From an uncultured Chloroflexia bacterium (GTDB lineage Bacteria; Chloroflexota; Anaerolineae; CG2-30-64-16), in NCBI GenBank assembly GCA_963774265.1, contig CAVZDU010000004.1, positions 1 through 35,312 of the forward strand: DNA of 35,312 nt, read 5' to 3'. How positions within the stretch are numbered: the stretch's first letter is position 1; every line of letters begins with the position of its first letter. The translations under genes were made by a program, and so were the position numbers. This document shows positions 11,110-21,730 of the stretch, one piece after another. The notes below the pieces were generated by a model. The model saw nothing but the letters and a program-made list of their open reading frames with translations, was not told the origin of the DNA and made no database searches.

Positions 11110-11288
11110 GCCGGGCAGGGCACAAGACCCTCGCGAATGCTTACGGACGGCTTAAGTGGTTTTCAATCACATGCCGAAAACCACCCCTGCCGCGCGGCGT
11201 GTTTCCGGGGCTCAACTCACGCGCGACCTAGGTGGCGCTATTCCCGCCTCTGTCCCGCGCCTTGGGTCGCGAAGGCCTTGTCTGGCCC

Positions 11289-11612
11289 CTACATGGCATC
11301 GTAGGCCGCTAGTGCTGCCGGCAGGACCTGCGTGACACTGTGCCCGGCGGCCGGTAATCCGACCAGGATCGCGCCGATGACCTCCTCGCGCGAGGCGCCT
11401 GCCTGCCTGGCAGCCTGCACATGGAAGGGAACGCCGCTTTCCAGGCGCAAGGCAGCCAGCACGGCCAGGTAGGCCAAGGCAGATGTCTTCTTGTCCAACG
11501 CGCTCGCGGATGCCAGGCCTTGCACCATCGCACCCCACGCCTGTGCATGCTGCGGGGCTTCGCGCATGAAGGTCTGAAACGCATTGCTGATCGGGGATGG
11601 CTGGTCACTCAT
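11289..11612 (-). CDS. Carboxymuconolactone decarboxylase (CMD) family protein, no CxxC
   Basis: ALDKKTSALAYLAVLAALR...PFHVQAARQAGASREEVIGAI. Confidence 0.85.
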   Translation of the reverse strand: MSDQPSPISNAFQTFMREAPQHAQAWGAMVQGLASASALDKKTSALAYLAVLAALRLESGVPFHVQAARQAGASREEVIGAILVGLPAAGHSVTQVLPAALAAYDAM

Positions 11613-11637
11613 CTTACGTCTCCATTCAAGACTGTGC

Positions 11638-12655
11638 TCACCTGTTCTCCATCAGCATCATGGCCGCGGAGCTGATGCGTCGGACATTGGGTAAGGCCTG
11701 GTCTTCCAGGTGGCGGGCATACGGGATGGTCGTCTGCGTGCAGACGCGGGCGTAGCGCACGCAGATGCCGGCCTCCAGCACGACGGCCGCCAATTCGCCT
11801 GAGAGGCCGAAGCCCTCGTAGTCCTCGTCCACCACCAGGAGGCGGCCGGTCCCCCTGACCGCGGTGCAGAGCGCGTCGCGATCGAGCGGCGACACGGTGC
11901 GCAGGTCGAGGACAGCGGCCGAAATCCTATCTTCCGCGAGCAGGTCAGCCGCGGCCAGCGCGCGATGGACGCCCACCCCCACGCTGACCAGAGTCACGTC
12001 TGTCCCGGCGCGGCGCAGAACGGCCTTGCCGAGGTCCGCCGGCTCCCAATGGCCCGGCACAGGGCCGCGTGCGCCTGCCTTTGGGATATCGTAGTGCACT
12101 GAGCGACGTCCGCCTGAACCCAGCAACTCCGTCCAGGTTTGCGAGAGCAGCTTGTGCTCCAGGAATATGACCGGGCCATCGTGTCCGAGGGCTGCGAGCA
12201 GCAGGCTGCCCGCATCGGCCGGCGTGGACGGGACGACCACAGTCAGGCCGGGGATGTGAGCCAGCCAGCCCCAGAGTGCCTGCTCGTGCTGCCCGCCATC
12301 CCCGTACCCCCCGCCGCAGGGCGCGCGCACCACGAGGGGCGCAGTCCATCGCCCACCCGAGAAGGCGGCGACCTTGGCAGCCTGGTTGAGCAGGGCGTCC
12401 ATGGCGACCCCGAGGAAGTCCACCATGTAAACTTCGACCACAGGTCGCAAGCCAGCCATCGCGGCCGACACCGCGGCCCCCAGGAATGCGCTCTCGCTGA
12501 TCGGCGCGGCCAGGACGCGCTGCGGACCGAAGCGCACGAGCAGATTGCGGCGCAGAAGGGGGGCATCCTCCCCGATCACGATGATGCGCGGGTCGCCGGC
12601 CATCGCCTGGGCGAGCGCGTCGTCGATCGCGGCGCGTGAACTCCATGGTCTTCAT
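11638..12655 (-). CDS. ThDP-dependent dehydrogenase E1 beta subunit (pyruvate/acetoin type), frameshift near 12635
   Basis: MKTMEFT / ..IDDALAQAMAGDPRIIVIGED, APISESAFLGAAV, GGQHEQ, DLRTVSPLD. ATG at 12655 overlaps the alpha-subunit stop. Confidence 0.85.
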
Positions 12656-13684
12656 GCCCCACCCTCCTGCCGCATCGCCGCCAAGAGCGTATTGGTCTCT
12701 TGCCGCCACGGCCGCTTCGAGTTCTCGCAGCCGCGGCGGGTCTGTGCGCAGCTGATCACGCGCGCGAGCCAGGGGATCATTGCTGCGCTGGCGCCGGGGG
12801 TCGCGCAGCGTCGTTGCGATCGACCCGGTGACAAGGCCCATTCCGTCCAGACGCTCGCGCAAAGCCTGGCGCCGCCTGGGCGGGTGAACGCCCGCACGAG
12901 TGGACCAGTGATCCGCGGCATTTCCCGGAGCGGGTCACGGGTGACCCGGAGCGGTTGATAACCCAGGAAGTGGCCTTCCAGATGTACGCACCGGGCGTGC
13001 AGGAAGGTGGGTCCCTCTCCGGCGCGGGCAAGTGCGATGGCTTGCCCGGCGGCTTCCCAGACCTGGTCCACGTCGCGGCCGTCGATCTCGACCGCACGGA
13101 CACCCAGGCCGCGGGCTCGCTCGCCGAGGTCGCCGCCGGTCATCGCGCTGGAAGGGGTGGTGATGGACCAGCCGTCGTCCTTGCAGACGAACAGGACGGG
13201 TAGCGTCCAGACCGCGGCCAGGTTCAGCGCCTCCAGCAGCATACCCTGGTTCATGGCGCCCTCACCGAAGAAGGCCACGGCGAGCGTGCCGGGGCGCAGA
13301 GTGCGGGCCGCCAGCGCGAAGACCAGCGGCAGCCGGTCCCGTCGCGCCGACGATGCCCGACGAGGCAGCCAGGTGCTCCCTGGAGAACAGGTGCATGTGC
13401 CCGCCCATGCCCCCGCATAAGCCGTCCGGGCGTCCCAGCAGCTCGGCAGGATCGACGCCGGCTCCACGCCACGCAGCAGCAGCGCGGCGGTGCCGCGATG
13501 ATCCAGCGCCAGGGCATCGCCTTCGAGCAGTTGGGGGACGATGCCCGCGATGATCGCTTCCTCCCCTGTTCCCAGGTGCATCTCGCCCGAGATCAGGCCG
13601 TCGCGCCAGAGTTGGGCGACCGCCTCCTCGAATAGCCGGCACCTCAGCATCAGACGCGTACAGCGACCACAGGTCAGGTGGCAT
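12652..13684 (-). CDS. ThDP-dependent dehydrogenase E1 alpha subunit, several frameshifts
   Basis: GEMHLGTGEEA, GLCGGMGGHMH, SSGIVG, FFGEGAMNQG, VEIDGRD, EGH. GGAGG precedes the ATG at 13684. Confidence 0.82.
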
Positions 13685-13758
13685 GGCAACCTCCAAACCG
13701 GACTCGGCTCTTCCTGAGGCATGTATGACCTCCTGTGGAGCCCGGCGACTCCGGACGG

Positions 13759-14238
13759 CTAGCGGCGGCGCATCTGTTCAACCAGGTCGCGGATATGCAG
13801 GAGCTGATGGCCGTAGATGGCAGTGATCATGGTCTCCAGGCTGATCTGCCCGAGTGCGGGATGGCTTCCGACCTGGTCGAGCTGCCCCTCGTTCAGCGAA
13901 CCGACCCAGTCCAGCGTGCGTTGGCGGGCCGCGTCCAGCGCGGCGAGGAGCGCCTGTGGCGGCTCATCGGCCAGGCGCTCTCTCTCTTCGGCGTTAAAGT
14001 CGTCGAAGTCAAAGCCTTCCGGCGCGCCCGCACCGCCCGCAGCCACATTCTGGGCGAGCTCCAGCAGCCGCTCCTCCGATGAGACGAAGTGCGCCAGCAG
14101 CTCCCGCACGGTCCAGGGTGGGTCGGGGTAGACGGGGGTCTGCCACTGGTCGGGCGACAGGCCGGCCAGCGTTTCACGCGTCTTGTTCCGGCCCTTTTCC
14201 AGTCGGCCGACTAAGACGTCAACTCTCGTTTCAGCCAT
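13759..14238 (-). CDS. DinB / maleylpyruvate isomerase N-terminal-like four-helix protein
   Basis: WTVRELLAHF, HPALG and GHQLLH His pattern. Confidence 0.8.
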   Translation of the reverse strand: MAETRVDVLVGRLEKGRNKTRETLAGLSPDQWQTPVYPDPPWTVRELLAHFVSSEERLLELAQNVAAGGAGAPEGFDFDDFNAEERERLADEPPQALLAALDAARQRTLDWVGSLNEGQLDQVGSHPALGQISLETMITAIYGHQLLHIRDLVEQMRRR

Positions 14239-14389
14239 TGTGAAGCTCCTCTAACAGCCGGATCTTCCCGGTGGACCCGTTCAGCAAGATGGTCTGGCCG
14301 GTCAAGCGGCACTCGGGCCGAGCCTCAGCAATGGCCAATTTGGTCGAGCAGACGGGCGCAACCGAGCGGGCGGTCGCTGACTTCTGCCT

Positions 14390-14723
14390 TTACGGCTTCA
14401 GGACCTCGGGCAACGCCTGTCCTGCCGCTACAAACCGAATCGACAGCGAATTGACGCACTCGCGCGTGTTCTTCTCGGTCAGCCGTTCGCCCACGAACTC
14501 ATGCCCCAGGTGACCGTCGCAGTTAGCGCACCTGATTTCCATGCGCCGGCCATCCGCAACCGGCGTCAAACTTGCTCTGTGATGAGAACAGTGGAGCGTT
14601 GCAGCGCCGGCAGATGTACGTCCCTGGCTTGTAGAAGTCATCGTACTCCCCCGTAAAGGGCCGCTCGGTCCCGTGCTGGACGATGATGCGTTTTTCTTCA
14701 GGTGTCAGGCTGTTCAAGGCCAT
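14390..14723 (-). pseudogene. msrB: Peptide methionine-R-sulfoxide reductase with internal deletion and frameshift
   Basis: [12 protein letters not shown] and KFDAGCGWP in one frame; [21 protein letters not shown] and NTRECVNS in another. The intervening SFD...P segment is missing and the length is 334 nt. Confidence 0.85.
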
Positions 14724-14763
14724 CGCGTCCTCCCTGCTTATGTTTTGCTAGCGATCATACCAT

Positions 14764-14784
14764 AGGATCGCAGTGCCGGGCACC
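14764..14784. repeat. Half copy of the GTGCCnGGCAC REP-like element
   Basis: AGGATCGCAGTGCCGGGCACC is identical to the right arm of the copy at 25941-25988. Confidence 0.7.
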
Positions 14785-14806
14785 CGATGCACGGCTGTTG
14801 TTTGCC

Positions 14807-15877
14807 TCACCGCCACGAAATAACGCGTTCGTCGTTGCCATCGTACTGGATCTTCAGACCCTTCAGCTTTGCCGCGGAGACCAACACGTGTTGGTTCGAG
14901 CCGTCGGCATTCATCACCCAGATCTCGTACTGCCCGGAGCGATCCGAGATGAAGGCGATCTGCTTGCCATCGGGCGACCAGGCCGGCGCCGCGTTGTTCC
15001 ACTGGACCACTTCCTTGTCTGCCAGTTGCTGAGCGACGATCACGCTCATCGGCGTCTCGGTCAAGCGAACTTCGCTGCTGCCGTTGGCGTTCAGGACGTG
15101 CACTTCCCAGTGGGCGTTCTGATTGAAGGTCACGGCGATCTTGCTGCCGTTGGGTGAGAGGACCGGCCCGCGGTACGAGCCCTTGGCGCTCAGCACAGTG
15201 AGCGTTTTCTGGTTCAGATCCAGGCTTTCCAGCCCTTTATCCCCGCGGAATACGACTTGCCAACCATTGGCCGTGTTCCAGGTGGGCGCAAAGGAGTGGG
15301 CCTCGCGCGGCAGATCCTCATAGGACCCGGTGGCGACGTTCACCCGCCGCAGCCCCCAGTAGGGGTTTGCCGCCTGCTTCATGCAGCGCTCGCCCTCGAT
15401 GGGCGCTTCCAAGAAGGTCGGCTTGTCGTCGACCATGCACTTGTAGGTGTCGACCAGTGTGCCGTCCTGCTGCACGCTGATGATGATCTGGCTGCCGTCC
15501 GCGGACCAGGTGGGCGACTTGGCCTGGTTGGTTCCACCGATGACCTGGCGTTCGCCCGTGCCATCCACGTTGACGACCCACACGCTGCCGTTGGCGCCGT
15601 TGCTCTGCCCTTGCCAGCGGGTGAAAGCCACTTGCTTCCCATCAGGCGACAGGGCGGGGTCCATGCCCGTGGTCAGGTAGCGCAGGCCGCTGCCGTCCGG
15701 GTTGACGGCGTAGATCGCGCCGCCGCTGCTCACTTGAAAGACGATCACGTGACTGGTCTTCGACTTGGCTGCGTCTACGGTGCCGGCGGCGCCTGCGGCG
15801 CTGGCGGCCGGAACGGCTGCCAACGTGAGCAAAACCAGCATGAGCGCTATGATAATCAGTTGTTTACGATTTCTCAT
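14807..15877 (-). CDS. Secreted TolB-like (PD40/WD40-like) beta-propeller protein
   Basis: Signal peptide MRNRKQLIIIALMLVLLTLAAVPAASA; repeated P.[WL]SPDG..IAF motifs. Confidence 0.85.
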   Translation of the reverse strand: MRNRKQLIIIALMLVLLTLAAVPAASAAGAAGTVDAAKSKTSHVIVFQVSSGGAIYAVNPDGSGLRYLTTGMDPALSPDGKQVAFTRWQGQSNGANGSVWVVNVDGTGERQVIGGTNQAKSPTWSADGSQIIISVQQDGTLVDTYKCMVDDKPTFLEAPIEGERCMKQAANPYWGLRRVNVATGSYEDLPREAHSFAPTWNTANGWQVVFRGDKGLESLDLNQKTLTVLSAKGSYRGPVLSPNGSKIAVTFNQNAHWEVHVLNANGSSEVRLTETPMSVIVAQQLADKEVVQWNNAAPAWSPDGKQIAFISDRSGQYEIWVMNADGSNQHVLVSAAKLKGLKIQYDGNDERVISWR

Positions 15878-15921
15878 TGTGTGACCTCATTCGTCCGTTA
15901 CGACTCTGCTCGCATCATTAT

Positions 15922-15966
15922 GTGCCGGGCACTCAAACGATCCGAAGGATCGCAAGTGCCCGGCAC
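15922..15966. repeat. GTGCCnGGCAC REP-like inverted-repeat element
   Basis: GTGCCGGGCAC-tcaaaCGATCCgaaGGATCGcaa-GTGCCCGGCAC. Confidence 0.75.
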
Positions 15967-15974
15967 GTGGTGCT

Positions 15975-17218
15975 TTACTCATAATGCAGGGCGTCGATCG
16001 GGTTGAGCGATGCGGCCCGATAGGCCGGGTAGATGCCGAAGAACAGCCCGGTGGCCAGCGCGAACCCGGTGGCCAGCAGGATCGAGTCGGGCTGCACCAC
16101 CGATGTGATGGTCGTGCTGCCCAGGCTGATGCCCGACATGATCTTGGCCAGGCCCCAGCCCAGGGCCACGCCGATCAGGCCACCCATCACACTCAGCAAG
16201 GTTGCCTCGCTGAGGAACTGCCACAGGATGTTCTGGCGTGTGGCCCCGATGGCCTTGCGGATGCCGATTTCCCGCGTGCGCTCGGTGACCGAAACGAGCA
16301 TGATGTTCATGACGCCGATGCCGCCTACCAGCAGGGAGATGCCGGCCACGCCGCCCAGGAAGAACGTCAGGATGTCCGTCACCTGCGTGGCGCTTTCCAG
16401 CAGGGACTCCTGGCTCTGCACCGTGAAGTCCTCTGCGCCCACGCTGACCTTGTGGCGCTGCCTCAGGATGTCTTGGATCTGTGCGGTCGCCGCGTCCATC
16501 TGGGACGCGTCGGTGACTTGCACGCTGACCTGGCTGACCGTGGTCCCGGTGGCGGTCCGGCTTCGCGACAGCCGCGCCATCGCAGTGGTGATCGGCACGA
16601 TCACCTGGTCGTCCTGGTTGCCCATGCCGGTCCCGCCCTGGGATTTCAGTACACCCACCACCTTGAAGTTGATATTATTGATGCGGACGTTCTGACCGAC
16701 CGGGTCCTGACCTTCTGTAAAGAGCTGGCTCACCACGTTGGCGCCCAGCACGACGACGGTCGCTTTGGAGGTCACCTGAGCCGCCGTAATGAATTCGCCT
16801 TGCTCGACCTCTGTGTTGCGGACGGTCGCATAATCCGCAGTCACGCCCATGACCCGGGTCATGGTGTTGTTGCCCTTGTACACGAGCTGGCCGAAAGCTT
16901 CCACGTTGGGCGCCACCGCAGCCACGGCCGACGCATTCTCGGGATCGACCAAGGCCAGCGCGTCCTGGTAGGTCAGGGTCGCGGCCGATCCCATCGCCGA
17001 GCGCACGCCGCTCGTGCTGGTGCTGCCGGGCGTGACGAAGAGCAGGTTGGTGCCCATGCTGCTGATCCGATTGGTGATGCCGGCCGAGGCCCCGCGACCG
17101 ATACCCATGAGGGCGATCACGGATGCGACGCCGATGATGACGCCCAGCATGGTCAGGGCCGAGCGCAGCTTGTTCGCCGTGAGGCTCACCAGCGCGATGC
17201 GCAGGCTCTCGAAGAGAT

Positions 17219-17222
<4 letters not shown>
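15975..17222 (-). CDS. MacB/FtsX-type ABC transporter permease
   Basis: ANKLRSALTMLGVIIGV, GGIGVMNIMLVSVTERTREIGIRKAIGA, AASLNPIDALHYE. Confidence 0.93.
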
Positions 17223-17981
<759 letters not shown>

Positions 17982-18055
17982 TGTGTCCTCCGCGCTGTTC
18001 AGCATCCCAGAGTATCTCAATCAGGCTGCTGATCCCTAACGGGGATGGTTCCCAA

Positions 18056-19681
18056 TCAACGTCCGGGCGGCGCACCGCCAGGAATACCACCACCGATGGG
18101 CACACCTCCACCCATCACTTCGCGCATCACGCCGGCGCCCTCACGCCCGGTCCGGGTCCCCGTAGAAGCGGTCGTGGATGAGGTGGTCGATACGCTCACC
18201 ACGACGTCGCCTTCCTTCAAGCCGCTAACGATCTCGGTGTGCGTGTCGTCGGTCAGCCCGACCTCGACCGGCACCTGGACCTGGCCTTCAGCCGCCTTGA
18301 TCGTGGCCACCTTCTGCCCGTTGACCGTCTTCACGTACTTGTTCGGCACGGTCAGGACGTTTTCGCGCTGCGAGAGGATGATGTTCAGGTTGGTCGTCAT
18401 GCCCGCCTTGGCCGCGTCATTGGCGTCCGTCAGGACCACGGTAACCGGGTAAGTGACCACGCCGCTGCTCTGCGTGCCGGAGGGGGCGACCTGCGAAACC
18501 GTGCCCTTCAGGGTCAGGCCCGAGACGGCATCCAGGGTGATCTCAACCTGCTGGCCGGCTTTGATCTGGTTCACGTCGGTCTCGGCCATGCTGACGATGA
18601 TCTCCATTTTGCTGAGGTCGGCGATGGTGAAGGCAGCGCTGCTGCCGGTTTCGCCCACCGTGACATTGACCGCCGTGATCACGCCGTCAAAGGGAGCGAC
18701 GATCTGCGCGCCCGCGAGCTGGAGCTTAACCTGGTCGAGGTTGATCTGTGCTGTTTCGACGCTGTTCTGGGCCTGGGCGAGCGTGGTGGCGTCCGGGCCG
18801 GCCAGCAGGGTGTCCAGCTCGTACTGGGCCGAAAGTAGCGCCGCCTTGGCGGTCGCCAGGTCGGCTTCGGTCACCTGGTTCTTGAGGTCGGCCAGGTTGG
18901 CCTGCGCGGACTTGAGCGACGCCAAAGCCGAGGCAATCTTGGAGGCCGTATCGGTCCCGGATGTGGCGGCGGCTGATTCGTAAGCAGCCTTGGCCGTGTT
19001 GTAGTCGATCGTGGCAGTCTGCAGGACGGCTGCTTCGCTGCTGGCAGCCACATCGCCGCGCCAGGAGACCCGGTCGTACGCACCTTGCGCCGCTTGCAGG
19101 GTGAGGCGGGCCTTTTCAAAGGACGCGGCGGCAGACGCAAGCGAACTGTCTCCTGCGTTGGCCGATGCAACGGCCGAGTTGTAGGCCGCCCGTGCGCTGC
19201 CGACCGATGCCTGGGCAACCGCCAAGTCGGAGGCGCTGGCGCCCTTGGCCAGATCGTCGTATTTGGCCTGCGCCGATTCGTAGGCCGCACGCGCAGTGGC
19301 GACTTCCGCCTCGGTGGCCGGGGTTTGGGCCTTGGCCAGGCTGAGCTGCGCATTCTTGAGGCTTACCTCGGCGCTGCGCAGCTGTAGCTCCAGCTCGGTC
19401 GTGTCAATCTCGGCGAGCACAGCGCCGGCCTTGACCTGATCGCCCAAATTGACGTTAATTTTCTTGACCGTGCCACTCTGGCCGAAGCTGAGATCGACAG
19501 ATTGGTGCGCCTTCAGATTGCCCACGGCGCTCACGTAACTGGAGATGGTTCCGCGGGCCACCCTCGCCGTGGCGACGCTGGTCTCCGCGTTAACCTTTGC
19601 AGGCCGGAAGTACAGGTAGGCGCCGGTCGCAATCGCGCCCACGGCTGCTATGGTCAGGCCTGCCTTGAGCCACTTTTTCAT
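18056..19681 (-). CDS. MacA/HlyD-type periplasmic adaptor with long coiled coil
   Basis: N-terminal TM helix, GDQVKAGAVLAEID, IVAPFDGVI, EIVSGLKEGD. GGAGG precedes the ATG at 19681. Confidence 0.9.
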   Translation of the reverse strand: MKKWLKAGLTIAAVGAIATGAYLYFRPAKVNAETSVATARVARGTISSYVSAVGNLKAHQSVDLSFGQSGTVKKINVNLGDQVKAGAVLAEIDTTELELQLRSAEVSLKNAQLSLAKAQTPATEAEVATARAAYESAQAKYDDLAKGASASDLAVAQASVGSARAAYNSAVASANAGDSSLASAAASFEKARLTLQAAQGAYDRVSWRGDVAASSEAAVLQTATIDYNTAKAAYESAAATSGTDTASKIASALASLKSAQANLADLKNQVTEADLATAKAALLSAQYELDTLLAGPDATTLAQAQNSVETAQINLDQVKLQLAGAQIVAPFDGVITAVNVTVGETGSSAAFTIADLSKMEIIVSMAETDVNQIKAGQQVEITLDAVSGLTLKGTVSQVAPSGTQSSGVVTYPVTVVLTDANDAAKAGMTTNLNIILSQRENVLTVPNKYVKTVNGQKVATIKAAEGQVQVPVEVGLTDDTHTEIVSGLKEGDVVVSVSTTSSTTASTGTRTGREGAGVMREVMGGGVPIGGGIPGGAPPGR

Positions 19682-19763
19682 TATCTTCCTCCGCGTGGTT
19701 GATTCCATGGCATATCGGCGATACGATCACGCGATGCAATCGCCTCATCGCCGCACGAATTGG

Positions 19764-19817
19764 ATTCTAGAGCGTGTGGCTGTGAGGAAGCTGTGTTGTG
19801 GCTGTGAGAATGCTGAG
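19764..19817 (-). promoter_or_regulatory. Exporter promoter: -10 TAGAAT preceded by four 11-bp-phased direct repeats
   Basis: Plus-strand GCTGTG at 19779, 19790 and 19801, and GCTGAG at 19812. ATTCTA at 19764-19769. Confidence 0.65.
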
Positions 19818-19872
19818 AAAATCGTTCCGTTGGGCGAGCCGGTGAGTGTGTCTTCGCGGTGCTTCCGTACTC

Positions 19873-19907
19873 TTGCCCAACCAGTTTCTTTTGCCCAACC
19901 AGTTTCT
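19873..19907 (+). repeat. 17-bp direct repeat TTGCCCAACCAGTTTCT x2 (period 18)
   Basis: Copies at 19873-19889 and 19891-19907, just before TACAAT (19912-19917) upstream of pgm. Confidence 0.8.
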
Positions 19908-19970
19908 GAGGTACAATCATTGCTAATTGACATCCCCGTATTGCTTTTGGAACTATGAGGAGGAAATCCC

Positions 19971-21620
19971 ATGGCTCACCCGTTGGCCGGCCAACCAGCA
20001 CCGGCGGACTCTCTTATTGACGTCGACCAGCTGATTGCAGCCTACTACGACCTGCACCCTGAGCCGGGCAATCCGGCCCACGCCGTGTCTTTCGGCACCT
20101 CCGGGCACCGCGGCAAGTCACTCGGTCAGAGCTTCAACGACGACCACATCGCGGCCATCTCGCAGGCCATTGCCGAGTACCGCAAGGGACAGGGCTACGA
20201 TGGCCCGCTGTACATCGGCATGGACACCCACGCGCTGTCGCGGCCTGCGCTCGACACTGCGCTCGAGGTCTTCGCGGCGAACGAAGTCCACGTGATGGCC
20301 CATCCCAAGTATGACTTCACGCCCACGCCGGTCATCTCGCACGCCATTCTGACCCACAACAACCTCGGTAAGGGCGGCGTGGCGGACGGCGTCGTCGTCA
20401 CCCCGTCGCACAACCCACCGACTGATGGCGGTTTCAAGTACAATCCGCCTTCCGGCGGCCCGGCGGACACTGGCGTGACCAAGATTATCCAGGACCGCGC
20501 GAACGAGATTCTCGCCCTCGGGCTGAAGCCGGTGCGCCGCATGAGCCTGGCCGCCGCGCGCGCCTCTGGCTACGTCCATGACCACGACTACATCCGGCCC
20601 TACGTGGAGGATTTGCGCAACGTCATTGACATCGAGGCGATCCAAGGTGCGGGATTGAGCCTGGGCGCGGACCCGATGGGAGGCGCCAGCCTGCCGTTCT
20701 GGGTCCCCATCGCAGAGACTTACAAGCTGAATATCACGGTCGTCAACCCGAAGGCAGACCCCACCTTCTCGTTCATGACCCTCGATCATGACGGCAAGAT
20801 CCGCATGGACTGCTCGTCGCCTTACGCGATGGCCACCCTGATCGGCCTGAAGGATCGCTTCGACGTAGCCTGGGGCAACGATCCCGACGCGGACCGCCAC
20901 GGCATCGTCACGCGCTCGTCCGGCCTGCTCAACCCGAACCACTACCTGGCCGTCGCGATCCAGTATTTGTTTGGGCACCGCCCGAACTGGCGCGCGGATG
21001 CTGCAGTGGGCAAGACCCTCGTCTCCAGCTCCATCATCGACCGGGTGGTCGGCAAGCTGGGGCGGCGGCTGGCGGAAGTGCCGGTGGGCTTCAAGTGGTT
21101 CGTCGAAGGCCTGGTCGACGGCTCGTACGGCTTTGGCGGGGAAGAGAGCGCGGGCGCATCGTTCCTGCGCAAGGACGGCACCGCCTGGACCACGGATAAG
21201 GACGGCATCATCATGGACCTGCTCGCGGCTGAGATCATTGCCGTGACGGGCAAGGATCCGGGCGAGCACTACAGGGCCATCGAGGCGGAGTTCGGCAGCC
21301 CGGTCTATCAGCGCAAGGACGCGGTGGCCAACACGGCCCAGAAGGCGGTGCTGAGCAACCTGTCGCCCGAGTTGGTGACCGCCACCGAGCTGGCCGGCGA
21401 GCCGATCCTGGCCAAGCTGACCCGTGCGCCGGGCAACAACGCGCCGATCGGCGGATTGAAGGTCGTGACGAAGAACGGCTGGTTCGCAGCACGGCCTTCG
21501 GGCACTGAGGATGTGTACAAAATCTATGCAGAAAGCTTCCTCGGTGAGGATCACCTGCACCAGCTCCAGGGTGAAGCCGAAGCCATGGTCAGCGCTGCCT
21601 TCCGCGCCGCCGGCGTCTAG
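19971..21620 (+). CDS. pgm: Phosphoglucomutase (alpha-D-glucose-1,6-bisphosphate-dependent)
   Basis: [36 protein letters not shown]; AGGAGG RBS. Confidence 0.96.
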   Translation: MAHPLAGQPAPADSLIDVDQLIAAYYDLHPEPGNPAHAVSFGTSGHRGKSLGQSFNDDHIAAISQAIAEYRKGQGYDGPLYIGMDTHALSRPALDTALEVFAANEVHVMAHPKYDFTPTPVISHAILTHNNLGKGGVADGVVVTPSHNPPTDGGFKYNPPSGGPADTGVTKIIQDRANEILALGLKPVRRMSLAAARASGYVHDHDYIRPYVEDLRNVIDIEAIQGAGLSLGADPMGGASLPFWVPIAETYKLNITVVNPKADPTFSFMTLDHDGKIRMDCSSPYAMATLIGLKDRFDVAWGNDPDADRHGIVTRSSGLLNPNHYLAVAIQYLFGHRPNWRADAAVGKTLVSSSIIDRVVGKLGRRLAEVPVGFKWFVEGLVDGSYGFGGEESAGASFLRKDGTAWTTDKDGIIMDLLAAEIIAVTGKDPGEHYRAIEAEFGSPVYQRKDAVANTAQKAVLSNLSPELVTATELAGEPILAKLTRAPGNNAPIGGLKVVTKNGWFAARPSGTEDVYKIYAESFLGEDHLHQLQGEAEAMVSAAFRAAGV

Positions 21621-21658
21621 GGCTGAGCCGGACCCTCATGGTCCATTGTGACTGACCC

Positions 21659-21709
21659 AAACCTCCGAGGTCGTGCCAGCCATTGGTTGGCCTGAGACCT
21701 CGGAGGTTT
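21659..21709. repeat. Inverted repeat AAACCTCCGAGGTC/GACCTCGGAGGTTT (REP-like or terminator)
   Basis: 14-bp arms at 21659-21672 and 21696-21709, with an inner GCCAGCC/GGTTGGC stem. Confidence 0.65.
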
Positions 21710-21730
21710 TCTTGCCTGTGTGAGTAATGA

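Noticed and set aside
20118-21560. Long antisense ORFs (e.g. 20118-21560, 6125-7534, 15984-17225, 23142-24458, 34012-35154)
   Set aside because: Shadow ORFs opposite well-supported genes in GC-rich DNA, with no recognisable motifs.
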